From positions 115,508-179,507 of the forward strand of contig CAZPKG010000001.1 of assembly GCA_964587105.1 (NCBI GenBank): 64,000 nucleotides of DNA, in the 5' to 3' direction. This document shows, piece by piece, positions 18,770 to 29,200 of this stretch. Numbering within the stretch: the first letter of the stretch is position 1; every line of letters begins with the position of its first letter. The DNA comes from an uncultured Alphaproteobacteria bacterium (GTDB taxonomy: Bacteria > Electryoneota > RPQS01). The position numbers were made by a program, and so were the translations under genes. Below the pieces are notes generated by a model, which saw only the letters and a program-made list of their open reading frames with translations, did not search any database and was not told the DNA's origin.

Positions 18770-20575
18770 GTGAAGCGCGTGGTTTTATTCAGTTTAGTTT
18801 TTGGGTTGGTTTCGGTTGTCTTTGCCCAAGAGGGCGGCACGCCGGGTTCGGTGTGGATGTATGTGGGGAGTACGTGGTATGACGCTCAAGCTTCTATAAC
18901 TCCCGCGCGAGCAATCGCAGTGGCTCCTGATGGTGAGGTACACTTTGTTTGGACCAAAGGGAGTCAAGATTTGGCATTTCGACAGGCGTTCTACAATTGT
19001 TGGAATACAGAAGCTGGCACGCTGTTAAGCCCTGAAGGTATTCGGATCAGCGCTGGCCGAACCGGTTTTCCTTCAGTTGCGTCCGGCCAGTTTGGCCACG
19101 CACTCGCGGCTTACCACGACAATGGAGGTTCACAAGTCGAAATCAAGCCAGCGATTGAATTCCTCCCTTGCAGTGGAGCGTTCACTCTGAATCTTGATTT
19201 CCCAGAGCCTCCGGTTAATACATACTTCCCGAAATCGGATGTTGATCGTTTAGGTGCATTTCATGTAGCAGGAACTTTAGAGGACAATACCGCGATCAGC
19301 GTGTTTCACGCCCGTGGAATTCCTGCGTATGAAGACGGCACAGGCTACGGAATTGACTGGGAACACACGACGACTTTACAGTCAGTTGATTACGTATATA
19401 ATACAGTCAATATCGCGTGCTCGCCTGTGTCCGATCGTGTCGCGATAGCATGGATAGTTGATCCGCCCGCAGCAAACGACGCGGAGAACATCTTGTTGTC
19501 TTACTCAGAGGATGGCGGTTGGAATTGGAACCCGCCTATATCGGTTACCGGAATTCCTGCGATTGACACGAACTGTGTTGTTGAAGGCGGCAATTGGCGT
19601 GTGTGCAACGCAGACACGTTCCGACCTTTTCGAGACTTGTCTATGATCTTTGACTACGATGATTTTCTGCATATTGCGTTTACTACAAGAGGATGGTACT
19701 ATTTCGACGAAAATGGCGACCCGAATTCAACGGTTAATACTAACGGCTCTATATGGCACTGGAGTGAAGAGGGCTTCTTCAGCCTGATAGCTTATGCATC
19801 TTCGGAACATGACTCCACGAGATTTTTAGGCGACGATAATTTGATGTGTCAACGTCCGTGTTTGGCACTTGACACCTTGAACTTTGGTCTTCATGATCCT
19901 CAATTAATTTGCTCGTTCCAGCAATTTGACAGCTTGGCTTATAGTAGTGGCGGATACGCAATCGGAGAGTATTTTGTCTCCGGCTCATATGATAGGGGGA
20001 GAAATTGGGCGATTCCTACAAATGTGAGTAATACTCCGGGAGAAATGAATGATCCCGAGGGACAGAATCCAAGCGAGCGGGATATTACGATTGCGAAGCT
20101 TGCTTATGACAATTCTATCCACGCCTTGTATTTGCACGATTATGTTGCGGGTTCGACCGGTTGGGATCAGACGCCTGCTCACTTGTGCTCACTCGTTTAC
20201 ATGCGAACGCCTATTGAAGATATCGATATGTCCCGTCTGCAGGAGAACATCCCGTTTCGAGCGGACTCGACTGGGTTCCCCACTGCCAGTGACCAAATTT
20301 CTCCCCTGAAAATCTCTTTTGAATTGCATCCTAATTACCCCAATCCGTTTAATCCGAGCACAACGATTCAGTTTGATTTGGCGAAGGCGGGGGATGTGAA
20401 ATTGATGGTGTTTGATGTGTTGGGGAAGGAAGTGGCGACGCTTGTAAACGGGAGAATGGGTGCGGGAGCGCGTTCGGCCCAGTTTGACGGTGAGAAGTTT
20501 GCGAGCGGAGTTTATTTTGCGCGGTTGTCGGTGGGGAAATTGGCGATGACGCGGAAGATGGTGCTCTTGAAATAG
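18770..20575 (+). CDS. BNR/Asp-box repeat secreted protein with T9SS CTD, tandem paralog of 16693..18612
   Basis: Track ORF starts at 18734. The conserved GGAGGTGTCCC-GTG context supports a GTG start at 18770, giving VKRVVLFSLVFGLVSVVFAQ. It is colinear with the upstream paralog (VGSTWYDAQ.../VGTTWYDYQ..., VSNTPGE...PSERDIT...). Asp-box-like SEDGGWNW and SYDRGRNW. CTD ...YPNPFNPSTTIQFDL...KMVLLK. Confidence 0.7.
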   Translation: MKRVVLFSLVFGLVSVVFAQEGGTPGSVWMYVGSTWYDAQASITPARAIAVAPDGEVHFVWTKGSQDLAFRQAFYNCWNTEAGTLLSPEGIRISAGRTGFPSVASGQFGHALAAYHDNGGSQVEIKPAIEFLPCSGAFTLNLDFPEPPVNTYFPKSDVDRLGAFHVAGTLEDNTAISVFHARGIPAYEDGTGYGIDWEHTTTLQSVDYVYNTVNIACSPVSDRVAIAWIVDPPAANDAENILLSYSEDGGWNWNPPISVTGIPAIDTNCVVEGGNWRVCNADTFRPFRDLSMIFDYDDFLHIAFTTRGWYYFDENGDPNSTVNTNGSIWHWSEEGFFSLIAYASSEHDSTRFLGDDNLMCQRPCLALDTLNFGLHDPQLICSFQQFDSLAYSSGGYAIGEYFVSGSYDRGRNWAIPTNVSNTPGEMNDPEGQNPSERDITIAKLAYDNSIHALYLHDYVAGSTGWDQTPAHLCSLVYMRTPIEDIDMSRLQENIPFRADSTGFPTASDQISPLKISFELHPNYPNPFNPSTTIQFDLAKAGDVKLMVFDVLGKEVATLVNGRMGAGARSAQFDGEKFASGVYFARLSVGKLAMTRKMVLLK

Positions 20576-20602
20576 GAAATTTGAAAAATAGGAAATAGTC
20601 AG

Positions 20603-20642
20603 ATTCCGGCGGGGAACCGCTTCGCTTAATCCCCGCTCGGCG
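20603..20642 (+). repeat. 40-nt GC-rich hairpin element ATTCCGGCGGGGAACCGCTTCGCTTAATCCCCGCTCGGCG, 27 nt 3' of a T9SS-cargo gene
   Basis: Its near-exact reverse complement occurs at 56127..56166, with 1 mismatch over about 40 nt. That copy is also immediately 3' of a T9SS-cargo gene, 1 nt after its stop. Confidence 0.6.
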
Positions 20643-20716
20643 AGTAGAGTTGTCGAGTTGCTGAACATTTTACCCCCCTTAATCCCCCCAGAAGACTGGG
20701 GGGAAATCATACTAAT

Positions 20717-21811
20717 ATGACACTTGTACCACCTTACATTGAATCATTAATTCCATACAAGCCGGGGAAGTCGGCTGAGCAGATTCGTGAGCAGTATGGG
20801 CTCAGCAAGATTATTAAGCTTGCTTCCAATGAAAATCCGATCGGGTCTTCTCCGAAGGGAATTGAAGCCGCGAAGAACTCGTATCACGATATTCAGCTTT
20901 ATCCTGACGGCGGATTGATGCTGCGAAACAAGCTTGCGAAACTTTATGAAGTCAAGCTTGACAACGTGGTCGTGGGAAACGGATCAGAATCCATTTTGGC
21001 CAACATCGTGCGCACGTTCATGGACGACGATGAAGAGGTCTTGACCGTCGCCGGAACGTTTATCGGCATCTATGTCGCGGCATGGTCGCGCGGTGTAAAA
21101 CTGGTGACGCTGCCGCTGAAGGATTTCGCCTTTGATCTTGAGGCAATTGCCGACGCGATCAACCCGAAGACGAAGATTATCTATCTTTCGAATCCGAATA
21201 ATCCGACGGGGACTTACTTCAAGAAGCATGAGTTTGAAAAATTCATGAAGCGTGTGCCGTCGCGGACTTTGGTGATATTGGACGAAGCCTATTGCGAATA
21301 TGCGGAAGATTTCGACGACTATCCCGATTCGATGACATACCGGCTTGACAATGTGATAACGCTCAGAACGTTTTCCAAGGCCTATGGCTTAGCCGCCGTG
21401 CGAATCGGATACGGATTTGCGCATGAGGATTTGTGCCGCAATGTTTTGAAAGTCAAGCTGCCGTTCGAGCCGTCGAGCATTGCGCAAGCCGCCGGTGCGG
21501 GCGCTCTTGATGACACGGAGTTTTTGAAGCTCACGCAGGACACAAATCGTGCGGGCCGCATGGAAATGCCCAAGCTTTATGACGAACTCGGACTAAAATA
21601 CATTCCGACAGCGGCGAATTTCTTTATGTTACCGTTTGAAACTGAAGAGGAAGCGCTGAAGTTTTCGGAGGAGCTTGAACGGCGCGGAGTTATTGTCAGG
21701 CCTTTGCGCGGGTTCATGCTGCCGCATTGTGTGCGGATAACGATCGGCACGAAAGAGCAGAATGAGATGCTGTCGGGCGCGCTTCGCGAGATTTGTTTGA
21801 AGAAGGTTTGA
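20717..21811 (+). CDS. hisC: Histidinol-phosphate aminotransferase
   Basis: KLASNENPIG, YPD and SKAYGLAAVRIGYG (PLP-lysine region), 364 aa, class II aminotransferase layout. Confidence 0.8.
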   Translation: MTLVPPYIESLIPYKPGKSAEQIREQYGLSKIIKLASNENPIGSSPKGIEAAKNSYHDIQLYPDGGLMLRNKLAKLYEVKLDNVVVGNGSESILANIVRTFMDDDEEVLTVAGTFIGIYVAAWSRGVKLVTLPLKDFAFDLEAIADAINPKTKIIYLSNPNNPTGTYFKKHEFEKFMKRVPSRTLVILDEAYCEYAEDFDDYPDSMTYRLDNVITLRTFSKAYGLAAVRIGYGFAHEDLCRNVLKVKLPFEPSSIAQAAGAGALDDTEFLKLTQDTNRAGRMEMPKLYDELGLKYIPTAANFFMLPFETEEEALKFSEELERRGVIVRPLRGFMLPHCVRITIGTKEQNEMLSGALREICLKKV

Positions 21812-21852
21812 GGGCTTGTAAAGCCCTTCTTGCGCTGACGTGTGAGATCATA

Positions 21853-21880
21853 AAAAAGCCCGCTTGTGCGGGCTTTTTTT
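21853..21880 (+). terminator. Rho-independent terminator AAAAAAGCCCGC-ttgt-GCGGGC-TTTTTTT
   Basis: Classic hairpin plus T7 tract after hisC. Confidence 0.85.
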
Positions 21881-21963
21881 GTGCTGTTGTTTTTTTGAGT
21901 TAGTCAGAGAGTCTTGGGAGTTTGACCCCCCTTTGTTCCTCCGGTGGACCGGGGGAAATGGAA

Positions 21964-22980
21964 TCAGAATCCGACGACTTCGGTGATGTATATTTCGCCT
22001 TCGTGCGTGAAAGCGACTTTGGAGCCGTTGCTGTTCAGGGCGGGTTCGTCCGGCCAGAAGTCGTTGAGGCCGAGGACCGAACGGGACTGGGCGAGGGCGA
22101 TGTCATAGACGAGGAGTTCGGCGAACCTGACCTCCGGTTTGTCGCGGATGATAACCACCCGGTTGCCGTCTCCAGACCAGCCGGGCCAACGGCCTTTGCC
22201 GAGGCTAATTACTGCTCCCGTTGAGATCTGGATGAGCCGAACTTGCCGCTCTGACGCTGTTTTGGCTACCGCCGCAACCCATTGGCCGTTGGGCGAAATC
22301 TCAAATCCTTCGATGATTTCGTCAGCGGGAGAAGCGTACTGCAACGTCTGAGTCGAGTCGGATATGCTCAGCTTGCCGTCAAGCAAATTGACGATTTTCG
22401 ACCACGGCTGTCCATTCACTGAGATCAGCGGTTGGTCAAGAGCTAACCTGTAAAACAGTTTATTTTCAATGCGATAGGGACCGAGGACTTTGGCATCGTT
22501 GGTCGTTAGCATCTTTGGGTCGTGGGAGTAGAACGAGCTTGAGAAGATGCGCTCGGGGTGGGTGCTGATGGCACCCACGATCGTGCGGAAGGCCAGCCTG
22601 TCCTCTCCGGGGACGAAGGCGAATCGGTGGCCGACTCCGTCAAGATTAGAGACCCGGTACAAAGATTGCTTCGCCTTTACTTCGTTAAGCTCAAGGACAT
22701 AGAGTTCGTTCATGTCCACTGTGGTGTAGGCAAGGAAGCGATTGTCCGGGCTCCAGAGGGGGGCGGAGAGGCCGCGACCGACCAAGTCGGCGGCCTTTCG
22801 TGGCTCGGAGTATGTAAGGTTAGTAAAAACAACAATCGCTCCAAGTGCGAGGAGGAGGATGCGCTGCGGATTCGCAACAAAGCTCCGGGTGGCTTGCGCG
22901 AAAACTCGCAAGGCTTGAGCGAGGTTGTCAACAATTGATTTTCGTTGCACTTGCGGGGAGAAAAGGGTTGACTGCTTCAC
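21964..22980 (-). CDS. Membrane-anchored PD40/TolB-like beta-propeller repeat protein
   Basis: N-terminal transmembrane segment (ILLLALGAIVVFTNL). Repeated S(P)DG/N..(L/V)AF-type PD40 motifs (LWSPDNRFLAYTT, ISPNGQWVAAVA, SNGSKVAFTHEG). Confidence 0.55.
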   Translation of the reverse strand: MKQSTLFSPQVQRKSIVDNLAQALRVFAQATRSFVANPQRILLLALGAIVVFTNLTYSEPRKAADLVGRGLSAPLWSPDNRFLAYTTVDMNELYVLELNEVKAKQSLYRVSNLDGVGHRFAFVPGEDRLAFRTIVGAISTHPERIFSSSFYSHDPKMLTTNDAKVLGPYRIENKLFYRLALDQPLISVNGQPWSKIVNLLDGKLSISDSTQTLQYASPADEIIEGFEISPNGQWVAAVAKTASERQVRLIQISTGAVISLGKGRWPGWSGDGNRVVIIRDKPEVRFAELLVYDIALAQSRSVLGLNDFWPDEPALNSNGSKVAFTHEGEIYITEVVGF

Positions 22981-23265
22981 GAGAAATGGTTATCTTTCTA
23001 AGCCCTGCATGGATTCACTTCTGTGCCGGGGGCTTTTGCTTTTGGCTAAATCAATAGAAGATAAACACCTGAACGAGGATTTGCAAGACATGGCGCGGAA
23101 AATAGTTTGCTCCGTCCCGTGGACAGCAAAACTGCCTGTCCTGAGGGCTTTTTGCCTCCCCCATTTTGGACTGCAACACAGTCCCGATTCCTATACCGCT
23201 GGGACTCTGAATGAGTTCCGCGCGTGTCCATCCCGTGATTTGTTACTTGTTGTGGAGGTTATACG

Positions 23266-26200
23266 ATGAAGTTTAAGACATTGCTTTTCGCCGGTTGCAT
23301 TCTGCTCGTCTCGGGGTTGGCAAATGCGCAGTTCAATGCGACACTTTACGATTTCAATGGCGAATTGACCGATGCGTGCACAGGTGGTACACCCTACCCA
23401 GATAATGCCGTCACGATCGAAATCTTCTGGGATGACAATGCGAGCGGCCCGGATCCAACGGACGAACAGCCTGTGGTTGGCGACGGGTTTGCTGAATGCA
23501 ATTTCAATAGCTTCTTGATCAACGGCGAACAGTTCGGATTACCGGGGACTTTCTACACGGACCCGTTGTTCACAATCTCAACTGTAACTCCTCAGCCGTC
23601 GCTGTATTGGCTACGCATATGTGACAATGCGAATGGGATTATGTGGATCAGCGACACCGTACGTATCTTGAACGGCCTGAATGACTACGATTTTGGTGGA
23701 CTGTTCACATGCCATGATTCAACTTGTGGCGGCTGTACGAATCCAACTACAGTATTGGGATTCCAGGCGACGGATGTATCATGCTCACAAGTCTCGATGA
23801 CTTGGAACGCTTATCCTGCAGATCAAGATGTTGATTCGCTTTTCATCTATCGAACCAACGATCAGACATTGGTGACAAGACTGGCTCGGACGGCAACAAG
23901 TTTCAACTACACAAATGCGCCGGATGGGACTTTCAATTACTACATTAAGGCACGCAAGATTTGTGCGGCTCCGGCCGATACGTCTTTCTCAACAGCGGCA
24001 TCCGACTTCGGAACTCGCGTTGCTGCGGCCATTCCACCTGCGGACACATCGTTCACGGCATTTCCGCATCCTACGCAGTGTGGTGCGGTTATTTTGCAAT
24101 GGCGTGTGCCAACAAGTTTGGCAACAATTGATTCATTCAGTGTGTTCTTGAATGGAGTTCTGTACGACAGAACAGGCCCGGGACTTCCGAACCAGCAGCA
24201 GCGTGACACCGTTTTTACGGGGCTATCCGGAGTCCAAAACTACACGGTATCTGGCTGGAGTGAAGAGTGTGGTAATGGTGTTCAGACGATTGCCCGCCAA
24301 GCTACTGCGGCACAACCTCCTGCGCAAGTGACGGGATTGACAGCTTCGACGGGGCTGTGTTCAGTCAACTTAGCGTGGACAGCAGTGCCGGGGGCGACGA
24401 GCTATATTGTGCGCCGTAACGGTTCTCAGATCGGAACTCCTGTGACGAATAGCTTCTCGGATGCGACGGCAACTGTAAATACGGTTTTTGCCTACACCGT
24501 TTCGGCAGTTAACACGTCGTTCCCGGCGGCCTGTCAGGAAGGTGCACAATCAACTTCGGCGAACGGATCGAGAATAGGTACGCCACTCGCGCCAACAAGT
24601 GTGGTGGCCAGTGACTCGACGTTCTGTACGCATGTGGCTATCAGTTGGACGGACAATAGCTCTGATGAATCGGGCTTTGTGGTTCGTCGCGACGGCGCGA
24701 CCATTGTTACAACAGCAGCTGGTGTAACATCGTTCAATGATTCGTTGGCCACTGCAGGGAATCACAACTATGACGTAGCCGCGACCAATACGTGCGGAAC
24801 CAGTACATTCGCAACTGTGAATGTGGGTTCAAAGAAGGCGGTGCCAACAACACCGACTGGACTTCTGGCGACCGACAATCTGCCGACCCATGTTCGCGTC
24901 ACTTGGAATGCGATTATTCGTGAAACCAATATGCGAGTGTTGCGTAACGGCGTTTTACTGGCCACAATTCCTGCAGACTCTGTCGGATACAACGACTTGA
25001 CGGCGGTGGCAGGCCAGGTCTATGCCTACTCAGTTCTGGGTTTCAATGAATGTGGCGACGGTGCTGTGTCTAACGTTGATTCTGGACGCGTGTTGGCTTC
25101 ACTGAACGCCCCAACGAACATTCTTGCTACAGATAACCTTTGTGATCGCGTTACCGTGACCTGGACGGATAACAACTCCGCTCCGCAGGAAACGAGTCAT
25201 TCGATCTTGCGCGACGGAGTGATTGTTGGGAACGTCGGTGCGAACATTACGACATTTGACGACTTCACGGGTACGCCGGGCGTTGTCTATGCTTATAACG
25301 TTCAGGCCGAAGGTACGGGCGGCCCGGCCATTGGAGTTACGCCGGATAACGGAAAGCGCCGGGCGGCGCCTGCGGCTCCGGTGATTGCGGCGGACTCGGT
25401 GGATTGTGAAACCGTCTATGTGAGCTTTACACGCGCCGCGGATTCGGACTCGACGATCTTCTTCCTTGACGGCGTTCAATCGGTACATTCCACTTCGGCA
25501 TCCGGCGCGCTTTCAATTGCCTTGAATGATGACGCTGTGCATGTTCTGACAGCTCAAAGCGCGAATGCCTGTGGTCGTGGAACGGCGACAACTGGAATCA
25601 ATGTGCAACGTGATCAAACACCGACCGGCATTTTGAATCTTGCCGGAACGAGCACAGATTGTAATACGATTCAGGTGACGTGGACTTCGCCAGTTGATGC
25701 TACGAGCTTTGACATGTACATGGATGGCGTTCCACAGGGCAACGTTGCTGCTACTGTACCCCAGCCAGTAACATTGATTTCCGGAAATGGTCCCGCAACG
25801 CGCCAGATCTACTTCATTTCGCGAAATGCTTGTGGAGTTGGTGATACAAGTAACGTGATCAACGTTAGTGTTCAACAAGCTCCGACCGCACCAACAAACG
25901 TCGCTGCGTCTGACACCTCGTGTGCATTGGTTTACGTGACGTGGACAGCGTCCAGCGGCGACGTGGATGGCTATACTGTTCTTGAAGGTGCAAACGTTGT
26001 GGGTTCAACTGGACCGGGAGTGACTACATTCTCTTATGATCCGGGCAACAGCGATGTTCATCAATACACGGTGTTCGCGTTCAGCACGACCTGCGGCAAC
26101 TCTGCGTCTGCCGGACCTGATGCGGGTAACAAGGTTGCGCAGCCGGGCGTTCCGACTAACTTGACGTTTGCGAATAACAGCTGTGACAGCATTCGTATCT

Positions 26201-29200
26201 CGTGGGACGCGGCGAGTGGTTCTCCTGCCAGCTACGTGATTATCGAAAACGGCGACAGTGTCGCCTCGACCACTAACTTGCACTTCGAGTATGTGCCTGC
26301 AGGTGGGCCGGGAACGTATGATATCAGTGTGGCATCGTATTCAGCGTTTTGCGGTACGGGTACACCCTCAGCCCCGGTCGCAATTATTTTGTTCGCGCAA
26401 CCCACGCCGGTAAGCGGGCTGACTGCTTCAAGCAATCGTTGTGACGGCGTGCAGTTGGCGTGGAATACCTACACAGGTATCAATGACGGCTTCATTATTT
26501 ATCGCAACGGCGTACTGGTCACGACGACCGCGGCTGATGCAGTTGGATATTTTGACGCGGCGGCCGGTCTGGGAGCAAATCACTATGCCGTGATCACACT
26601 CTCGAATTTGACGGGCTGTGCCGAGTCTGATTCGGCGACGGCAAACGGTGCGGTTCTTCCGCTCCCCACCGTTCCGACCAACGTTGCGGCGACCGATACG
26701 TCGTGCGCCGATGTGTTTGTGACTTGGACGGCTTCCAGCGGCACTCTCGATGGGTATATTGTCTATCGCGGCGGAGTTCAAATCGCGACTGTGAATGCAC
26801 CGGCTACGAGCTATACTGATACAGGTATTTCTGGTGGCACGACGGCGGCTTATACAGTGGCTGCATTTGATGACATTTGCGGCACCTCAAGCCAATCGAC
26901 CGGCGATAACGGCACGCGCCTGCAAGGGCCGGCGGCGCCGACGGGTGTTGTCGCGTCTGACAATAGCTGTACTCAAGTTGACATAACTTGGAACACGGCT
27001 CCGGGTGACGTGACCGAGTATCGAGTCTATCGTAGCGGCGTGTTCATTGGCTCTGTGACACCTCCGACTACTTCATTTACGGACGCGATTGCGACAGGGA
27101 CGTTTGCTTACACTGTTACGGCGTTCAGCACGAACTGTGGAGAGACGGCTCAATCCGTTGCAGATGACGGAACCCGTCTGCCGCAAATGGGACAGGTGAC
27201 CGGCGTAACGGCGTCTGTTGACAGTTGCCAAGGGATTCTGGTGACGTGGGCGGCGCATTTGGGCGCAGTTAGCTACCGCATTTCTCGTGATGCTTCATTT
27301 ATCGCTGAAGTCAATGCACCGACGCTTCAGTATTTCGACAACACGGTGGCTGAAGGCGTTACGCACAGCTATACCGTGGCAGCGGTTAATCCGTGCAATA
27401 CGGGTGTTGAGTCTGGGGCGGCTGTGGGTTCGCGCGCTTCGACGCCATCGCAAGTGACGGGTTTGACCGCGTCAACTAACTTGGTCAGCCAGGTTTGTTT
27501 GAGCTGGACAGACGTGACAGGTGAACTTAGCTATCATATCTACCGTGACGCCGTTCTGATTGCTACAAACGGCGCGGATGACGTTGACTACTGTGATATT
27601 ACAGCTACACCGGGCACGACATACACTTATACCGTTGCGGCCGCGAATGTTTGTGGCGAAGGCACTCTCTCCGTCGGCGCGCAAGGTTCGGCAGTGTTCA
27701 GCCTCGGTCAAGTGACAGGATTGGCCGCGACCACGACCGATTGTGCGCAGATTTGCCTGACGTGGACGGATATTTCTAATGAGACCGGTTACGAAATTTT
27801 GCGTAACGGCACGACACTGGCAACGGTCGGCGCAGGAGTGGTTACCTATTGCGACTTAACACCCGCTCCGGGTGAGTGTTTCACATATGTGGTCCGAGGC
27901 TTTAACATCGGCGGCAACGGTCCGCTTTCGGCTGAAGTTCAGGGTTGCCGTCGGAGTATCCCGACTCAGGTGACGGGACTTACGACGACGAGTACGAATT
28001 GCAATGCGGTCGTGTTGAACTGGAACGACGCGACAGATGAAGATCGCTATGACGTCTATCGAGACGGCGGATTGTTGGTTCAAAACGTCGGCGCGCTGAC
28101 TTATACTGATAACTCGGCTGTGGCCGGAGTTGTGTATGCATACACGATTTTGGCTGTCAACGCCTGTGGCAATGCGCCGCAGAGCGTTGCCGTAAACGGC
28201 GTTCGTGCAATGACCCCGCCGCCGGTTACCGGCGGAGTCGCCTCGATAGACGTTTGTAACCAGATTGGCTTGAATTGGTCGGATCAACTCTCGGAACTTG
28301 GCTATCGCATTTATCGTGACGGTAACTTCCTGACTCCGATTGCAACGGTCAATGCGAATACGACCATCTATGTTGACGCGAATATTACCGGCTCACATAC
28401 CTATAATATCCGCGCATTCAATGATTGCGGCAACGGCGACCTGAGTGCTGACATTGTCGGCCTCGGTTTGACCACCCCGGGTATTGCTACGAACGTGGCA
28501 GCGGTTGAAAACTGCGGCGACGTTACGGTCACATGGACAGCGCCGAATACGACTCCGATTACAGAGTACCGTATTTTGCGCAACGGCGTTCAGGTCGGCG
28601 TTGTATCGGCTCCGGCGACGACGTATCAAGACTTGAATCTTCCGGCGGGAAGCTACAACTACCGCGTGGTGACAGCGAACCAGTGCGGAGCGGGCACGCA
28701 ATCGGCGCAGAGCAACGGCGTGACGGTTATCCCCACTCTGGTGCAAGTTCCGACCTTTACCGCGACCGCCAGCCCGTGCTTCTGTATCGACGTGACATGG
28801 GGCAACGTGGCCAATGAAGACGGTTACTATCTCTATTGTGACGGCGTGATTGTGGATACGTTGGGTGCGAACGTGACCTCGACAAACTACTGTCCTGCAG
28901 ATACGCAGTCTTGCGTCGTGCAAGTAGCGGCGTTCAATGCGTGCGAAATCGGACCGTTGTCGGTTGGAAATTCGGTTACTCCGAATACATATCCGGCGAT
29001 GGTCAGCGGATTCTCGGCAAGCGAAAATATTTGTGACCGCGTGCGCTTGACTTGGAATGCATATAACCAGCCGGGCGTAACGAGACTGAAGATTCGTCGC
29101 GACGGCGTGGCGATCGCAACTCTGTTGTCGGGCAACACGTCGTTTGAACAGCTTGGTTTGTGGCCGCAGAGCGTTTACAGCATCACAGCCTTGCGCGTGT

